Assembly: GCF_009914755.1 (NCBI RefSeq)
Contig: NC_060947.1
DNA from: the human T2T-CHM13v2.0 reference genome, Homo sapiens
Reading direction: 5' to 3' (one strand)
DNA length: 64,000 nt
Shown: one piece after another, positions 1-14,175 of the stretch
How the letters are laid out: every line of letters begins with the position of its first letter
How positions within the stretch are numbered: position 1 is the first letter of the stretch
The notes under the pieces: generated by a model
The model's input: the letters and a program-made list of their open reading frames with translations, nothing else
Database searches by the model: none
What the model was told of the DNA's origin: nothing
Position numbers and translations under genes: made by a program

Positions 1-284
1 GTTTCACACCATACAAGTAAAGTACATGTTGTAGGATTCTGGGAGAACTTAGTCCCATGGTCATAGATGGTAGCCTCCCCTCAACCAACACTTGTATTAA
101 TATGCGATACTGGTCACAGAAAAATAGACTGTATAAACTGTAGATGGAACAATTAATATCTTTACTAGTTATGAAAACTACCTACTGGTTACATATATGC
201 ATGTGCAGATGCACAGTGAACCCGCAAGATGTTACATTTTGAAGTCTAATTTTCAAAAGAAACACAATGTAATTGTGATTATTC

Positions 285-540
285 CTTTCTTCATCCATTC
301 ATTCATTTACTCAACAAATACTTAAAGCCTTTTTTGGTCCAAGCACTATGATAAACATGGAGCATGAATAGATAAAGAAGATAGCATTTGTCCTTAAGAG
401 CTTAAAATCTGTAGTAGTCTAAAATCATTCACAAATAGTCAATGCTGAATACAAATACTGTAAGAGAGGCAAAAAAAAAGTTACATTACATTTTTGTGGG
501 GCAATCAGGATATGCATTACAAAGGAGATATGTGAATGCT
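285..540 (-). mobile_element. L2 3' end fragment
   Basis: catccattcattcatttactcaacaaata... resembles the reverse complement of the L2 (TGAA)n 3' tail; highly diverged. Confidence 0.6.
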
Positions 541-887
541 AGGTACAAGAAAATAGTACCTGATTTTGCCTAATATGCATTAACATATTTTACTCTAACT
601 TTATAAGGGCATCCTTTTTAAAAACATACATTTTTATTGGTGTTTGTTAAAATGTGTAGTCTTTCCTTGAATTCAACATAGATTTCAACATGAAATATGC
701 ACAACATAAAATATGTGAAATGTTCTTGGGGTTAGAAAAGTTTTACTGCAAACGATTATTTCCAGTCTAGCCATTCTGTTTCATCATCTGCATAAGGGGT
801 TGATTTCAAAGCAACATTTAAAAATTTTCTTTTCAAAATTTCAGACCTAAACCAAATACTAGATACCATTTGCTTCACTCATTATTA

Positions 888-1309
888 TACACCATAGTTT
901 GGATGCTTGTTCTCCAAATATCATGTGAAAACTTGATCCTAATTCTGAAGGCAGGGCCTACTAGGAGGTGTTTGGGTCATAGGGTCTGATTCCTCGTGAA
1001 GAGATCAATGCCTCCCTTGGGGGTGAGCTCTCTTTCTGTTAGTTCCCCTGAGAACTGACTGTTGAAAAGAACCTGACACCTTCCTCATCTCCCTCTCTCA
1101 CTTCCTCCCTTCCCATATAATCTCTGCACACACCAGCTGCCTTTTGCCTTCTGCTCTGAGTGGAAGCTACCTGAGGCCCTCACCAAAAGCAGATGCTGGC
1201 AACATGCTTCTTGTATAGCCTGTAGAACTGTGAGCCAAAAAACTACTTTTCTTTATTAATTACCCAATCTCAGGTATTCATTTATTGCAACACAAAATGA
1301 ACTAAGCCA
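888..1309 (+). mobile_element. MST-family (MSTC/MSTD-like) MaLR solo LTR
   Basis: catagtttggatg...ggaggtgtttgggtcat...gaggccctcaccaaaagcagatgctggc...ctcaggtattcatttattgcaacacaaaatgaactaagcca. Confidence 0.8.
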
Positions 1310-1786
1310 TCGTAATAACTATATTCAAGAAATATTTACTTTATACTATATGTCAGGTACTACAATGGGTAAAGCATCTAATTTAGATACCAAACCAACG
1401 GCAGTTACTATTAATTTCATTTTCTAAAGATTTTGGGGATGTGCATTTCTTTGTTTCTGAGTGCTTGTGTGTGTGTTTTGTTTTGGAGCAAAACAGGAGC
1501 AGTTAGTTAAGATGGGAGAAAATAAGAAGTAGATGTCTTTCAGGTTGTTTTTAATAGGCTATTATAATTAATACTATAGCCTTCTTTATAGCAAAATTCT
1601 CTATTATTTAGAATCTTAATCTACAGTGCTCCTCCATTAAATTTTAACATTTAAAATTTTATTTTAATAATATGGAAGAATAGGCTTTTTATAGGATTTT
1701 ATGAATATTTTAAATAAAAGATATAAAAATATTTTTAGATTTACAGAAATGTTGCAAAGATAGTACAGAATTTTCCTCTATACTTT

Positions 1787-2585
1787 TGTGATATTTTAAA
1801 ATATTTGTTTGGTCTTTAATGATTTCCTGGCATACAACTACTAAAATCCTCAGAATCTCCAAAGTGATGCCTTTTTGTATTCTAATGAGTTGACTTATGG
1901 CTGGCAGCCCCTGGGGGTCTAGTCACCAGAAAGACCAAGCCATGATTGGAGGGCAGAACTTCCGGAGAGTGTACAAAGGCTGAAGATTAAGTTGATCACC
2001 ATTGACCAATGGTTTAATCAATCATGCCCACCTAATAACGTCTTCCTAAGAACCCAAGAGGGCTGGCTATGTAGAGCTTTCGGATTGTTGAATATGTGGA
2101 GGGTCCTGGAAGATAACATGTCCAGGGAAGGCCTGGAAGCTTCACACCCCTTACCATATACCTTGACCTATTCAAATATTTGATCTGATTTTAGTATCCT
2201 TTGTAATATCCTTTATAATAAACTGGGAAATGTAAGAATTTACATGAGTTCTATGAGTGGCACTAAGAAATTAATCAAACCACAAATGGGGAGTATGTGA
2301 ACCCAAACTTGAAACCTATGGGCCAGAACTTTCAGAGACCCAGGCTTGATTGGTGTCTGGTGGAGAGGTCAGTCTTGCAGGACTGAGCCCTCAATCTGTG
2401 GGATCTAATGCCATCTCCAGGTAACAGCAGCATTAAATTGGAGGAAATTCAGCTGGTGTCACTGCAGAATTGATTGCTTTCTTCTTGTTGGAGAGAAATC
2501 CCCACACATTTGATCTCATAACTCTCTGTGTTCATTGTTGTGTGGTGTGAGAGCAGAAGAAAAATAGGTTTTTTTTTTTTAACCT
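1787..2585 (+). mobile_element. MER21 (MER21B-like) ERVL solo LTR
   Basis: tgtgatatt... start; ttcctggcatacaactactaaaatcc, gtcaccagaaagaccaag, tttaatcaatcatgcc, tatcctttataataaa. Confidence 0.8.
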
Positions 2586-3237
2586 CCGACATTCGATTTT
2601 TCCTGTTGTTAGCATCTCAACATTACTATGGTATATTTGTTACTTTTGAACTAATATTGATACATTATTTGTCACTAAAATCCATTATTTACTCAGATTT
2701 CCTTGGTTATTAATTCATATTTATTTGGTTTTGCCATTTCAAGAATGCTATATAATTGGAATCATAGAATATCTAGCTTTTTCAGACTGGCTTCCTTATT
2801 TAGCTATATGCACTTAAGATTCATCCATATTGTTGTGTGGACTGGTAGGTCGTTCCTTTTGTATTTCCCAACACTGTATGGACGTACTATAGTTAAGCCT
2901 TTCACCTATTGAAGGACATCTTGGCAGTCACCATATTTTTGGTGATTATGAATGAAGTTGCTGTAAAAATTATAGTGGGGGTTTTCTTGTGTAGATTAGT
3001 TTTCAGTTCACTTGAGTGAGTATGTATCAAGGAATGTTATTACTGGGTTGTATAGTATATAATTGCTACATTCTCTTTCAAAGTGGATGTAGCATTTTGT
3101 ATTCCCACCAGTAATGTTTGTTCTAGTTGATCTTCATCTTTGACAAGTTTTTTAAATCAATATATATATTTCTAAATTTTAGCCATTCTAACAGATATCG
3201 TGGTATCGTGACATGAATTTACTTTGCATTTCCCTAA

Positions 3238-3664
<427 letters not shown>

Positions 3665-4069
3665 TGAAAGCTCTTTATACATTCTGTATATAATATATGT
3701 CTCTCAGGTGAGTGGACAAAAAAAAAATGCACTGTGGTACATCCATACAATGAAATAGTATTTAGAGATAAATACAAATGAACTACCTACCAATCAGTGC
3801 AATGATTTGAATTTGTGATTTGAAAATATTTCCACCTATTCTGTAGCTTGTGTTTTTACTCTCTTAAAAGTGCCTTCCACAGAACAAATGTTATTAATTT
3901 TTATGAAATCCAATTTATTATTCTTTTCAGTATGGATCTTGTTATTGTTTTACATTTAGATATATTTTATATTTTGCATAAAGTGTAAGGTTTAGGTAGA
4001 TGTTCCTGTTGGCATATAGCTTGCAATTTTTACATATCATTTGTTGAAGATGATTGTTTTCCATTCAAA

Positions 4070-7000
4070 AATTAGTTAGCACTTTGCTTACACTGCTATA
4101 CCACCACAGCCTACATGCGTGCAGCCTGCCGTGCTGCCATGGCTGCTGGCACATGCAAGTGAGCACAGATTATACTGCAGTGACTTTGATGAAGTGCTTT
4201 GGCATGCACCACCCAGAGGAGTTCGGTGGCCAGCACACCAGGAACACCTCAGCCCCTCCAGTGCAGCAGGTTTCTAACCTTGAGGGGCCAGTGAACAAAG
4301 CTGGGAGCCCAGTACCAGCTCATGAGAGTTTGAGCATGCAGACCAGGAGCTCTTACTTGAGTCTTAGCCCGCTAAAATCTTCCAGAAATGAAGCCAGTTG
4401 ACTAAACCCCACCTTATACTAAAATCAAACCCCCAAGGGCATCAAAGAAGATAACATTTTTAAAATCCCATTCAAAGGATAGCAACTTCAAACACTGAAG
4501 GAACATTAGCACACAGAAATGAGAGAGAACCAGTGCAAGAAATCTGGCAACTTGAAAAGCCACAACATCTTCTCACCTCTAAATGACTGTACTAGTTCCT
4601 GAACTAGTATTGAACTTAACTATGCTGAAATGGTGTAAATGACAGAAATAGAATTCAGAATATGGACACAAATGAAGATTATTGAGATTCAGGATAAAAT
4701 TGAAACCCAATTCAATGATTCTAAATAATAACAAAAAATAACAGAGGAGATGAAAGATGACATGGCCGTTTTAAGAAATAACCAAACTAATCTGATAGAG
4801 CTGAAAAACTCACATCAAGAATTTCATAATACAATCACAAGTAATAACAGCAGAATCAACCAAGCTGAGGAAAGAAACTAAGAGCATGAAGACTGGTTCT
4901 CCAAATAAGTCGGTCAGATAAAACTAAAGAAGAAAGAATAAAGAAAAATGAACAAAGCTTTTGAGAAATAAGGGATTATGTGAAGAGTACAAATCTAGCA
5001 CTCATTAGTGCCCCTGAAATAGGGAGAGAAAATAAGCAACGTGGAAAACATATTTGAATATATCATCCATAAAAATTTCCCCACTATTGCTACAAATCCC
5101 AACATTCAAATTCAGAAAATGTAGAGAACCCTTGTTGAATACTGTACAAGATGACAATCCCCAGGACACATAGTTATGAAATTCTCCAAGGTCAACATGA
5201 AATTTTAAAAAATTAAATGCAGCTAGAGGGAAGGGGCAGGTCACCTACAAAGGGAACCCCATCAGGCTAACAGTAGACCTTTCATCAGAAACCCTATAAG
5301 CAGAAGCGAATGGGGGCTTATATTCAACATTCTTAAGGAAAATAAATTCCAACAAAGGATTTCATTTCTGGCCAAACTAAGAAAGGAGAAATAAGATCCT
5401 TCTAATACAAGCAAATGCTAAGGGCAATTTTACCACCAGATCTGCCTTCTAAGAGATCCTGAAGGGATGCTAAATATGGAAAGGAAAGACCACTACCAAC
5501 CACCTCAAAAACACACCTGAGTACATAGATCATTGACACTATACAGCAATCACACAAACAAGTCTGCATAATAACCAGCTAACATCACAATGACAGTGAA
5601 TCCACACATACCAATATTAAACTTGAATGTATGTGGGCTAAATGCTCCAGCTAAAAGGCACAGAGTGGCAAAGTGGGAGAAATAAGCAAGACTCAATGGT
5701 GTGCAGTGTTTGAGAGATGCATCTCACATGCAATGACACCCATAGGCTCAAAGTAAATGGAGCTTGGAGAAAACTCTACCAAGCAAACAGAAAACAAAAC
5801 AAAACAAAAAAACAGGGGTTGCTATTGTAATTTTACAAAAAGCAGATTTCAGTACAACAAAAAGAAAAAAAAATAAAAAATTGGCATTACATAATGGTAA
5901 TTAGTTCAATTCAACAAGAAGAAGTAACTATCCTAAATATAGATACACCCAACACAAGAGCACTCAGATTCATAATGCAAGTTCTTAGAGACCTATGAAG
6001 AGACTTATATAACCACACAATAATTTTGAGCGGGAGACTTTAACACCCCACTGAAAGTGTTAGACAGATTATTGAGGCAGAAAACTAACAGAGATATTTA
6101 GGACCTGAACTCAACACTTGACCAATAAGCCTACCCTAAAACAACAGAATATACATTCTTTTCATTTACATATGGCACAGACTCTAAAATTGACCATAAA
6201 ATCTGGCATAAAACAATTCTCATCCAGTTCAAAACAGAAATTATGCCATCCACACTCAAAGACAACAGTATAATAAAATGGAAATCAATACTAAGGAAAT
6301 CTCTCAAAAACATATTACATTACATTGAAATTAAACAACCTTCTCCTGAGTAACTTTTGGGTTATCAATGAAATTAAGACAGAAATTATTTGAAACAAAT
6401 GAGAAAAAAATAAAACAAACTAGAATCTCTGGGAAATAGCTACAGGAGTGTTATAGAGGAAAATTTATAGCACTAAATGCCCACATCAAAAAGTTAAAAA
6501 GATCTGAAGTTAACAACCTAACATCACACCTAAAGGGACTAGAGAAACACAAGCAAACCAGCAATATAGGTAGCAGAAGACAGGAAATAACCAAAATCAG
6601 AGCTGAAATGAACAAAATTAAAATGCAAAAATAAAAAATAAAAAAGAGCAATGAATTCAGGAGTTTATTTTTTTGAAAGAATAAATAAGATTAATAGACT
6701 GGTAGATAGATGAATAAAGAAAAAATCCAAATAAACACAATCAGAAATGATAAAGTCATATTTCCATTGACCTTACAGAAATGCATGCACACACACAAAA
6801 ACCCTCAGATACTACTATGAGCATCTCTATGCACACAACTAGAAAACCTAGAATTAAATGAATATATTCCTGGAAACGCACAACATCCCAAGATTGGACC
6901 AGGAAGAAATTGAATCTCCTAACTGACCAATAACGAGATCTGAAATTGAGTCAGTAATAAAAAGCCTACCAACCGGAAGAAGCCCAGGACCAGATGGATT

Positions 7001-7748
7001 CACTGCTAAAGTCTACCAGATGTGTAAAGAAGAGCGGGTACCATTCCTACTAAAACTATTTTAAAAAAAAATGAGGAGGAGAAACTCCTGCCTAACTCAT
7101 TCTATGATGGAAGCATCACGCTGATGCCAAAACCTGGCAGAAACAACAACAAAAAGGAAAATTTTAGGCCAAATTTTTTATGAAAATAGGTGCAAAATTT
7201 CTCAACAAAATACTAACAAACCGAATTCAGTAGCACATCGAAAAGCTAATCCACCATGATCAAGCAGAGTTTATCCCTGTGATGCAAGGTTGATTCAACA
7301 TAAGCAAATTAATAAATGTGATTTATCACATAAGCAGAACTAAAAACAAAAAGTAAATCATCATCTCAATAGACGCAGAAAAGGCTTTCACTAAAATTCA
7401 ACATTCCTTCATGTTAAAAAACCCTTAACAAACTAGACATTGATGGAACATATCTCAAAATAATAGCCATCTATGACAAACCCACACCCCAAATTATACT
7501 GAACATGAAAAAACTGGAAGCATTTCGTTTGAGAACTGGAATAAGACAAGGATGCCAAACCTTATCACTCTTATTGAACATAGTACTGGAATTCCTATCT
7601 AGAGCCATCAGGCAAGAAAAAAAAATTGAAAGGCATCGAAATAGGTAGAGCAGAAGTCAAAGTATCTCTGTTGGCAGATATGATTCTATACCTAGAAAAT
7701 CCCATTGTCTTTGCCCAAAAGCTCCTTGATTCAATAAACTACTTCAGA
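4070..7748 (+). mobile_element. Old primate L1 (L1PA15/16 or L1PREC2-like): partial 5' UTR, decayed ORF1, ORF2 endonuclease to mid-RT; 3' end missing
   Basis: A-rich L1 sense sequence; ORF2 start region atgacagtgaatccacacatacc ~5590; RT-region ggcagatatgattctatacctagaaaatccc ~7680; many stops and frameshifts. Confidence 0.9.
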
Positions 7749-7787
7749 GGAAATTATCTTCTATTTCTATTTGCTGCTTTTTTTAAA

Positions 7788-7838
7788 TTTTTTTAATTTT
7801 ATTATTATTATACTTTAAGTTTTAGGGTACATGTGCAC
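7788..7838 (-). mobile_element. Extremely 5'-truncated young L1PA (3' terminal ~50 bp)
   Basis: ttttattattattatactttaagttttagggtacatgtgcac is the L1PA 3' terminus; flanked by ctg(c/t)ttttttt. Confidence 0.8.
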
Positions 7839-7849
7839 TGTTTTTTTTT

Positions 7850-8885
7850 AAACCATACTTTATTATTGGATTTTGTCAAATGTTTTTTTTCATCAATTGA
7901 TAAGACCATACGGTTTTTCTTTTTTAGACTGTTAATGTGGTGAAATACATATATTAATTTTCAAATAAATAACCAGCCTTGCATCTCAGGAATAAACCCC
8001 ACTTGGTCATAGTGTGTGTGTGAGTGTGTGTGTGTGTATGTATATATTTGTAGAACTGAATTCTGTTAATATTTCTTAAGAGTTTATGTTTCCATATTGT
8101 TGAGAGAGATTCATATGGAGTTTTCTCCTTTTTTACACTATCATTTTCTGGTTTGGTTATGAGAGTAATGCCTGCCTAGTAAAAAGAAATTGGAAGTGTT
8201 CTCTTCTCTTCTATTTCCTAGAAGAGATTATATAGAATTGGTGCTATCTCTTATTTAAATGTTGAATATTAATAGAATTCACCATTAGAATCACGTGGGC
8301 CCGGAGATTTGTTTTTTGAAAAGTTTTCAACTATGAATTCAATTTCTTTGTTTCAAATTTTTACTTAATTTCTTTTATTTAATTTGAACTTCTTTGAAGA
8401 TTTTAGAAATAGGCTGTCTCTGTGCAATCTATATCAGTTTGGGTGACTTCTGGTGGTTTGCAGTTTTTAAGGAATTGTTCTTTTTTATTTGAATTTTCCA
8501 ATTTATGGGCACAGATTTATTCGTTTTATTCTATTATTATTATCTTGAATTATTCTGGGTGTTTAAGATATTCCCTCTTTTATTTCTGATACCTTTGCCA
8601 TTTTTCACTTTTTCGTGGTTTGATATTTTCCTGTTTTATTAATCATTTAATAAACAGCTTTTGCATTCATTGATTTTCTCTGTTGTTTTTATATGTTCTG
8701 CTTATTCTCTTAATATGATCCTTCATTCTGCTTTATTTAGGTTCATTTTTCTCTTCTTTTTGTAGATTCTTAAGGTGGCAGTTTAAATTGTTGATTCAAA
8801 ATCACCTTTCTTTTATAATATAAGCACTTAATGCTATACTTTGGCTCTCAGCACTGCTTTAGTAGCATACCACATTTTTTGGGTC
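7850..8885 (-). mobile_element. Old L1M ORF2 fragment
   Basis: ccagccttgcatctcaggaataaaccccacttggtcat, tagaattcaccattagaatcac. Confidence 0.75.
8012..8048. repeat. (TG)n/(TA)n microsatellite
   Basis: gtgtgtgtgtgagtgtgtgtgtgtgtatgtatata. Confidence 0.9.
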
Positions 8886-8939
8886 ATTCATTAATTTTCT
8901 TAGTCATAATTTTTGCGAGTACATAACGGGTGTATAGTT

Positions 8940-11900
8940 TAAAATTTAATTTTAGATTCAGGGGATATTGAGTGACACTGGGGTGTGTTGTATGAATGAT
9001 TCTATCATCCAGGTAGTGACTATAGTACAAAATAGGTAGCTTTTCAGCTTTTCAGTGTTCTAGTACACCCCGGTGTCTATTGTTCCCATCCTTATGTCCA
9101 TAAGTGCCCAGTTTTTAGCTTTCATTATATATGAGAACATGCAATATTTGATTTTCCGTTACTGCATTAATTCATTTAGAAGGCCTCCACCTGAATCTAT
9201 GTCATGGCAAAGAACATGATTTTATTCTTTTTTATGGCTGTGCAGTATTCCATGGTGTACAGGTACCAGATTTTCTTAATCCAACCCACTGTTGATGGGC
9301 ACCTAGGCTGATGTCATGTCTTTGCTATTGTGAATAGTGCTGTGATCAACATACGCATGCATGTGTCTTTTTGGTAGAATAATTTATTTTCCTTTGGGTA
9401 TATATGTTTACAGTAATGATACTGCTGGGTCCAATGATAGTTCTGTTATAAGATCTTTGAGAAATCTCCAAACTGCATACCACAGTGGCTGAACTAATTT
9501 ACATTCTCACGATCATTGTAATGTTTCCTTTTTCCATAGCCTTTCCAGTATCTGTTATTTTTTGTGCTTTTAGTAATAGTTATTCTGATGGATGTGAAAT
9601 GGTATCTCAATGTGGTTTAATTAATTAATTAATTATTATCATTTAACTTTTATTTTAGGTTCGGGGTACACATGCAGGTTTGTTAAACAGGCAAATTGCG
9701 TGTCATGGGGATTTTGTATATAGATTATTTCCTCACCCAGGTAATAAGCATAGTACCCTATAGGTATATTTTCTGATCTTTTCTGATCCTCTCCCTCCTC
9801 CAACCTTCCATCCTCAGGTAGGCCCTGGTGTCTATTGTTCCCTACTATGTGTCCATGTATGCTCATTGGTTAGCTCTCACTTATAAATGAGAATGTGTGG
9901 TGGTATTCAATTTTCTGTTCTTGCATTAGTTGCTTAGCATAATGGCCTGGGGTTTCATCCATGTTGCAGCAAAGGAAATGATCTTGTTCTTTTTTATGTC
10001 TGTTTAGTACTCCATGGTGTATATGTACCACACTTTCATTATTCAATTTGTCATTGATGGGAATTTAGGTTGATTGCATATCTTTGCTATTGTGAATAGT
10101 GCCGTAATGAATATGTGTGTGCATGTGTCTACATGGTAGAATGATTTATATTCCTTTGAGTATATACCCAATAGTGGAATTGCTAGGTCGAATGGTAATT
10201 CTGTTTTAAGTTCTTTGAAAAATTGATGTACTGCTTTCCACAGTGGTGAAACTATTTTAGATTCCCCCAACAATGTATAAGCATTCCCTTTACTCTACAA
10301 CCTTGCTAGCATTTGTTATTTTTTTCATTTTTAATAATAGCCAGTCTTGCTGGTATGAGATGGTATCTCATTGTGGTTTTGATTTACATTTCTGTGATGA
10401 TTAGTGATGCTGAGTATTTTTTCATATGCTTGTTGGCCACACCTATGTCTTCTTTTGAAAAATGTCTGTTCATTTCCTTTGCCCACTTTTTAATGGGGTT
10501 GTTTGTTTTTTACTTGCAAATTTGCTTAAGTTCCTTAATGATTCTGGATATTAGACCTTTGTTGGATGCATAGTTTGCAAATATTTTCCCCTATTCTTTG
10601 GGTTGTCTGTTTACTCCGTTGGTAGTTTCTTTTGCTATGGAAAAGCTCTCTAGTTTAATTAGGTTCCATTTGTCAGTTTTTGTTTTTATTGCAATTGCTT
10701 TTGCCATCTTCATCATGAAACCTTTGCCAGGTCCTATGTCCAGAAGAATATTGCCTAGGTTGTCTTTCAGGGTTTTTACATTTAAGTTTTTACATTTGGG
10801 TTTTACATTTAAGTCTTTAATCCATCTTCAGTTGATTTTTGTGTATGGTGAAGAAGAGGTCCAGTTTCAATCTTCTACATGTGACTAGACTGTTATCCTG
10901 GCACCATTTATTGAATAGGGAGTCCTTTCCCCATTGCTTGTTTTTGTTGGCTTTGTCTAATCAGATGGATGTATTATGCAGGCTTAGTCTGGACTATCTA
11001 TTCTGTTCCAATGGTCTGTGTGACTGTTTTTGTATCATTACCATGCTGTTTTGGTTACTGTAGCCTTGTAGTACAGTTTGAAGGCAGTTAAAGTGATCCT
11101 TCAGCTTTGGTCCTTTTGGTTAGGGTTGCCTTGGCTATTAGGTATCTCTTCAATTCCATATAAATTTTAAAATAGTTCTTTAAGTTCTGTGAAGAATGTA
11201 ATTGGTAGTTCAATAGGAGTAACACTGAATCTGTACATTGCTTTGGAATGGCCATTTTAACAATATTGATTCTTCCTATTCATGAGCATGGAATGCTTTT
11301 CTATTTGTTTGTGTCATCTCTGATTTCTTTGAGCAGTGTTTTGTAATTCTCATTGTAGAGATCTCTCACCTCTGTGGTTAGCTATATTCCAAAGCATTTT
11401 ATTCTTTTCATGTCAGTTATGAATGGGATTGCGTTTTTGATTTGGCTCTGTTTGGATGTTATTGGTGTGTTGGGATAGTACTGATTTTTCTACATCGAAT
11501 TTGTCTCCTGAAACTTTGCTGAAGTTATTTTTTCAGAACAAGAAGCTTTGGCGAAAAGACTATGGGGTCTTATAGATATAGCATCATGACATCTCCAAAT
11601 AGAGATAGTTTGACTTCTTCTCTTGTTATTTGGATAACTTTTCTTTCTTTCTTCTGCCTGATTGCTCTGGCTAGGAATTCCAGTACTATGTTGAACACGG
11701 GTGGTTAGAGTGATCATCCTTGCCTTGTGTAGGTTTTCATGGGGAATACTTCCAACTTTTGCATATTCAGTATGATGTTGGATGTGGATTTGTCATCGAT
11801 GGCTCTAATTTTGATGTATGTTTCTTCAATGCATAGTTTGTTGAGAGTTTTTAACATGAACCTGTGATGTTTATTAATGATAAGCATTTGTTCAAATGGT

Positions 11901-13590
11901 TGTTGGCTGCTTGTATGTCTTCCTTTGAAAAGTGTCTGTTTATGTCCTTTGCCCATTTATAAATGTGGTTGTTTATTCTCATTGATTTAAGTTTCAGATT
12001 AGGGATATTAAACCTTTATTGAATGCATAGTTTGCAAATATTTGCTTCTATTCTGTGCATTGGCTGTTTACTTTCTTTATAGTTTGTTTTGCTGTGCAAA
12101 AGCTTTCATTTAATTAGGTCCTACTTGTCAATTTTTGTTTTTCTTGAAATTGCTTTTGAGGATTTAGTCATAAATTCTTTGCCAATGGTGATATGCAGAA
12201 TGGTATTTCCTAGGTTTTCTTCTAGGATTTTTATAGTTTGAGGTCTTAAATTTAAATCTTTAATTCATCATGAGTTAGGTTTTGTATATGGTAAAAGGTA
12301 GGGATCTAGTTTCATTCTTCTGAGTATGGATAGACAGTTATCCCAGCACCATTTATTAAATAGGTAGTCATTTTCCTGTTGTTTATTTTTGTTGACTTTG
12401 TTGAAAGTCAGATCATTGTAGGGGTGCAGCCTTTTTTCTAGGCAGTCTATTCTTTCCATTGGTCTCTGTGCTGTTTTTATGCCAGTACCATGCTGTTTCA
12501 ATCATCATAGCCTTATAGTATAGATTGAATCTGATAACATGATGCCTTTGGCTTTTTTCCCCCTTAGGACTGCTTTGTATATTCAGGCTCCTATTGGGTT
12601 CAATATGAATTTTAGAATAGATTTTTCTAATTCTGCAAAAAGTGACATTGGTAGCTTTATAGGAAGAACATTAAATCTGTCGATTGCTTTTGGCAGTATG
12701 GCCATTTTAACGATATTAATTCTTCCAATCCATGAGCATGGAATATTTTCCATTTGTTTCTGTCATCTCTGATTTCTTTCAGCAGTTTTTAAACATTTTC
12801 TCCTCATAGAGAAATTTCATCTCCTTGGTTAGCTCTATTCCTAGGTATTCTATTGTTTGTGGTTATTGTGAATGGGACTGTGTTCTTGATTTGGCTCTCA
12901 GCTTGGAAGTTATTGGGGTGCAGAAATGCTACTGGGTTTTCTAAATGGATTTTGAATCCTAAACCTTTCCTGCAGTCATTTATCAGATCTAGGAGCCTTT
13001 TGGTGGAGTCTCTGGGGTTTCCTAGGTATTGAATTGTTTTGTCAGCAAAGAGTTATTTTGACTTCCTCTCTTCCTATTAGGATGATTTTATGTTTCTTTC
13101 TCTTGCATGATTGCCGTGGCTAGGACTTTCAGTACTATGTTGAGTAGGAGTGCTGAGAGCTTGCATCCTCATGTTGTTCCCCTTCTTAGAGGAAATGTTT
13201 ACAGCTTTTACCCATTCAGCATGATGTTGGCTGTGGATTTGTCATAGATGCTTTTTATTATTTTAAGTTATGATTCTTCAATGCCTTGTTCGTTGAGAGT
13301 ATTTATCATGAAGAGATGTTGGATTTTATTGAAAGTTTTTGTCTTTCTATTGAAGTGATCGTATGGTTTTTGTCTTTAATTATGCTTGTGTTCATTTGGA
13401 TTTTCTCTTCTCATTCTTTGTTAATCTAACTATTGATCTATTGATCTTATTTATTGTTTTGAAGAACCAACTTTTGGTTTTTTGAATACAACTCTGTATG
13501 AATTTTTGGGTCTCGATTTTATTCAATTCTGCTCTGATTTTAGTTATTTCTTTTCTTCTGCTATATTTAGAGTTAGTTTTTTTCTAGCGA
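8940..13590 (-). mobile_element. L1PA16/L1PB-like element (8940-9620 and 11860-13590) split by a nested L1
   Basis: 3' UTR ttttagattcagggg...; breaks at ggtatctcaatgtggttt and resumes at taatgataagcatttgttc...ttggctgcttgtatgtcttcc. Confidence 0.85.
9640..11860 (-). mobile_element. 5'-truncated L1PA (PA13-15-like) nested in older L1
   Basis: new 3' end ttttattttaggttcggggtacacatgcaggtttgtt; ORF track shows ORF2 C-terminal remnant (ELPFDLAIPLLGIY). Confidence 0.9.
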
Positions 13591-14175
13591 ATGGAAAATA
13601 TTACCTCACTCTATTTTTTAAAAAAATCATATTATTTATTTTTTAGATACATTTTAAGTTTATAGAAATGGAATGGAATGAATGGAAACTATAGTGACTT
13701 TTTATATGTCCCTCTTCATTTACACACTATTTTCCTTTTATTAAATTGTGTTAGTGTAGCGCATTTGGCATAAGTGTTGGACCAATAACGATACATTATT
13801 AAATAAAGTCTATAATTTATGTAAGAGTCCATTGTATGTGTTGTAGAGTTCTATAGTTTTCACAAATGTATAATATCATGTATTTATTATTATAATATTA
13901 CAGAGAATAGTTTGACTTCACCTATTCACCTCTCTCTCACTTCCCCTGAATGCCTGATAACCACTGATCTTTGTCTTGTTTCTATAGTTTTGCCTTTTCT
14001 GGAGTGTTATCTATTGGAGTTTTACAGTATGTAGCATTTTAGCCTGCGTTCTTTCACTTAGCAATATGCACTTAAGGTCTCTCCATGTCTTTTCACATCT
14101 TATACCTCATTTCTTTTCATTGTTGAATAACATTCCATTTATTGGTTTTACCGCAGTATGTTTATACATTCACTT

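Noticed and set aside
10772-10816. Short triplication gttttacattt in L1 (and similar at 9770-9790, 34344-34367)
   Set aside because: Ordinary slippage duplications inside dead repeats.
4070-11860. Idea that the plus L1 (4070-7748) and minus L1 (9640-11860) are one twin-primed element
   Set aside because: They overlap by several hundred bp of RT sequence, are separated by ~1.9 kb of other elements, and share no TSD.
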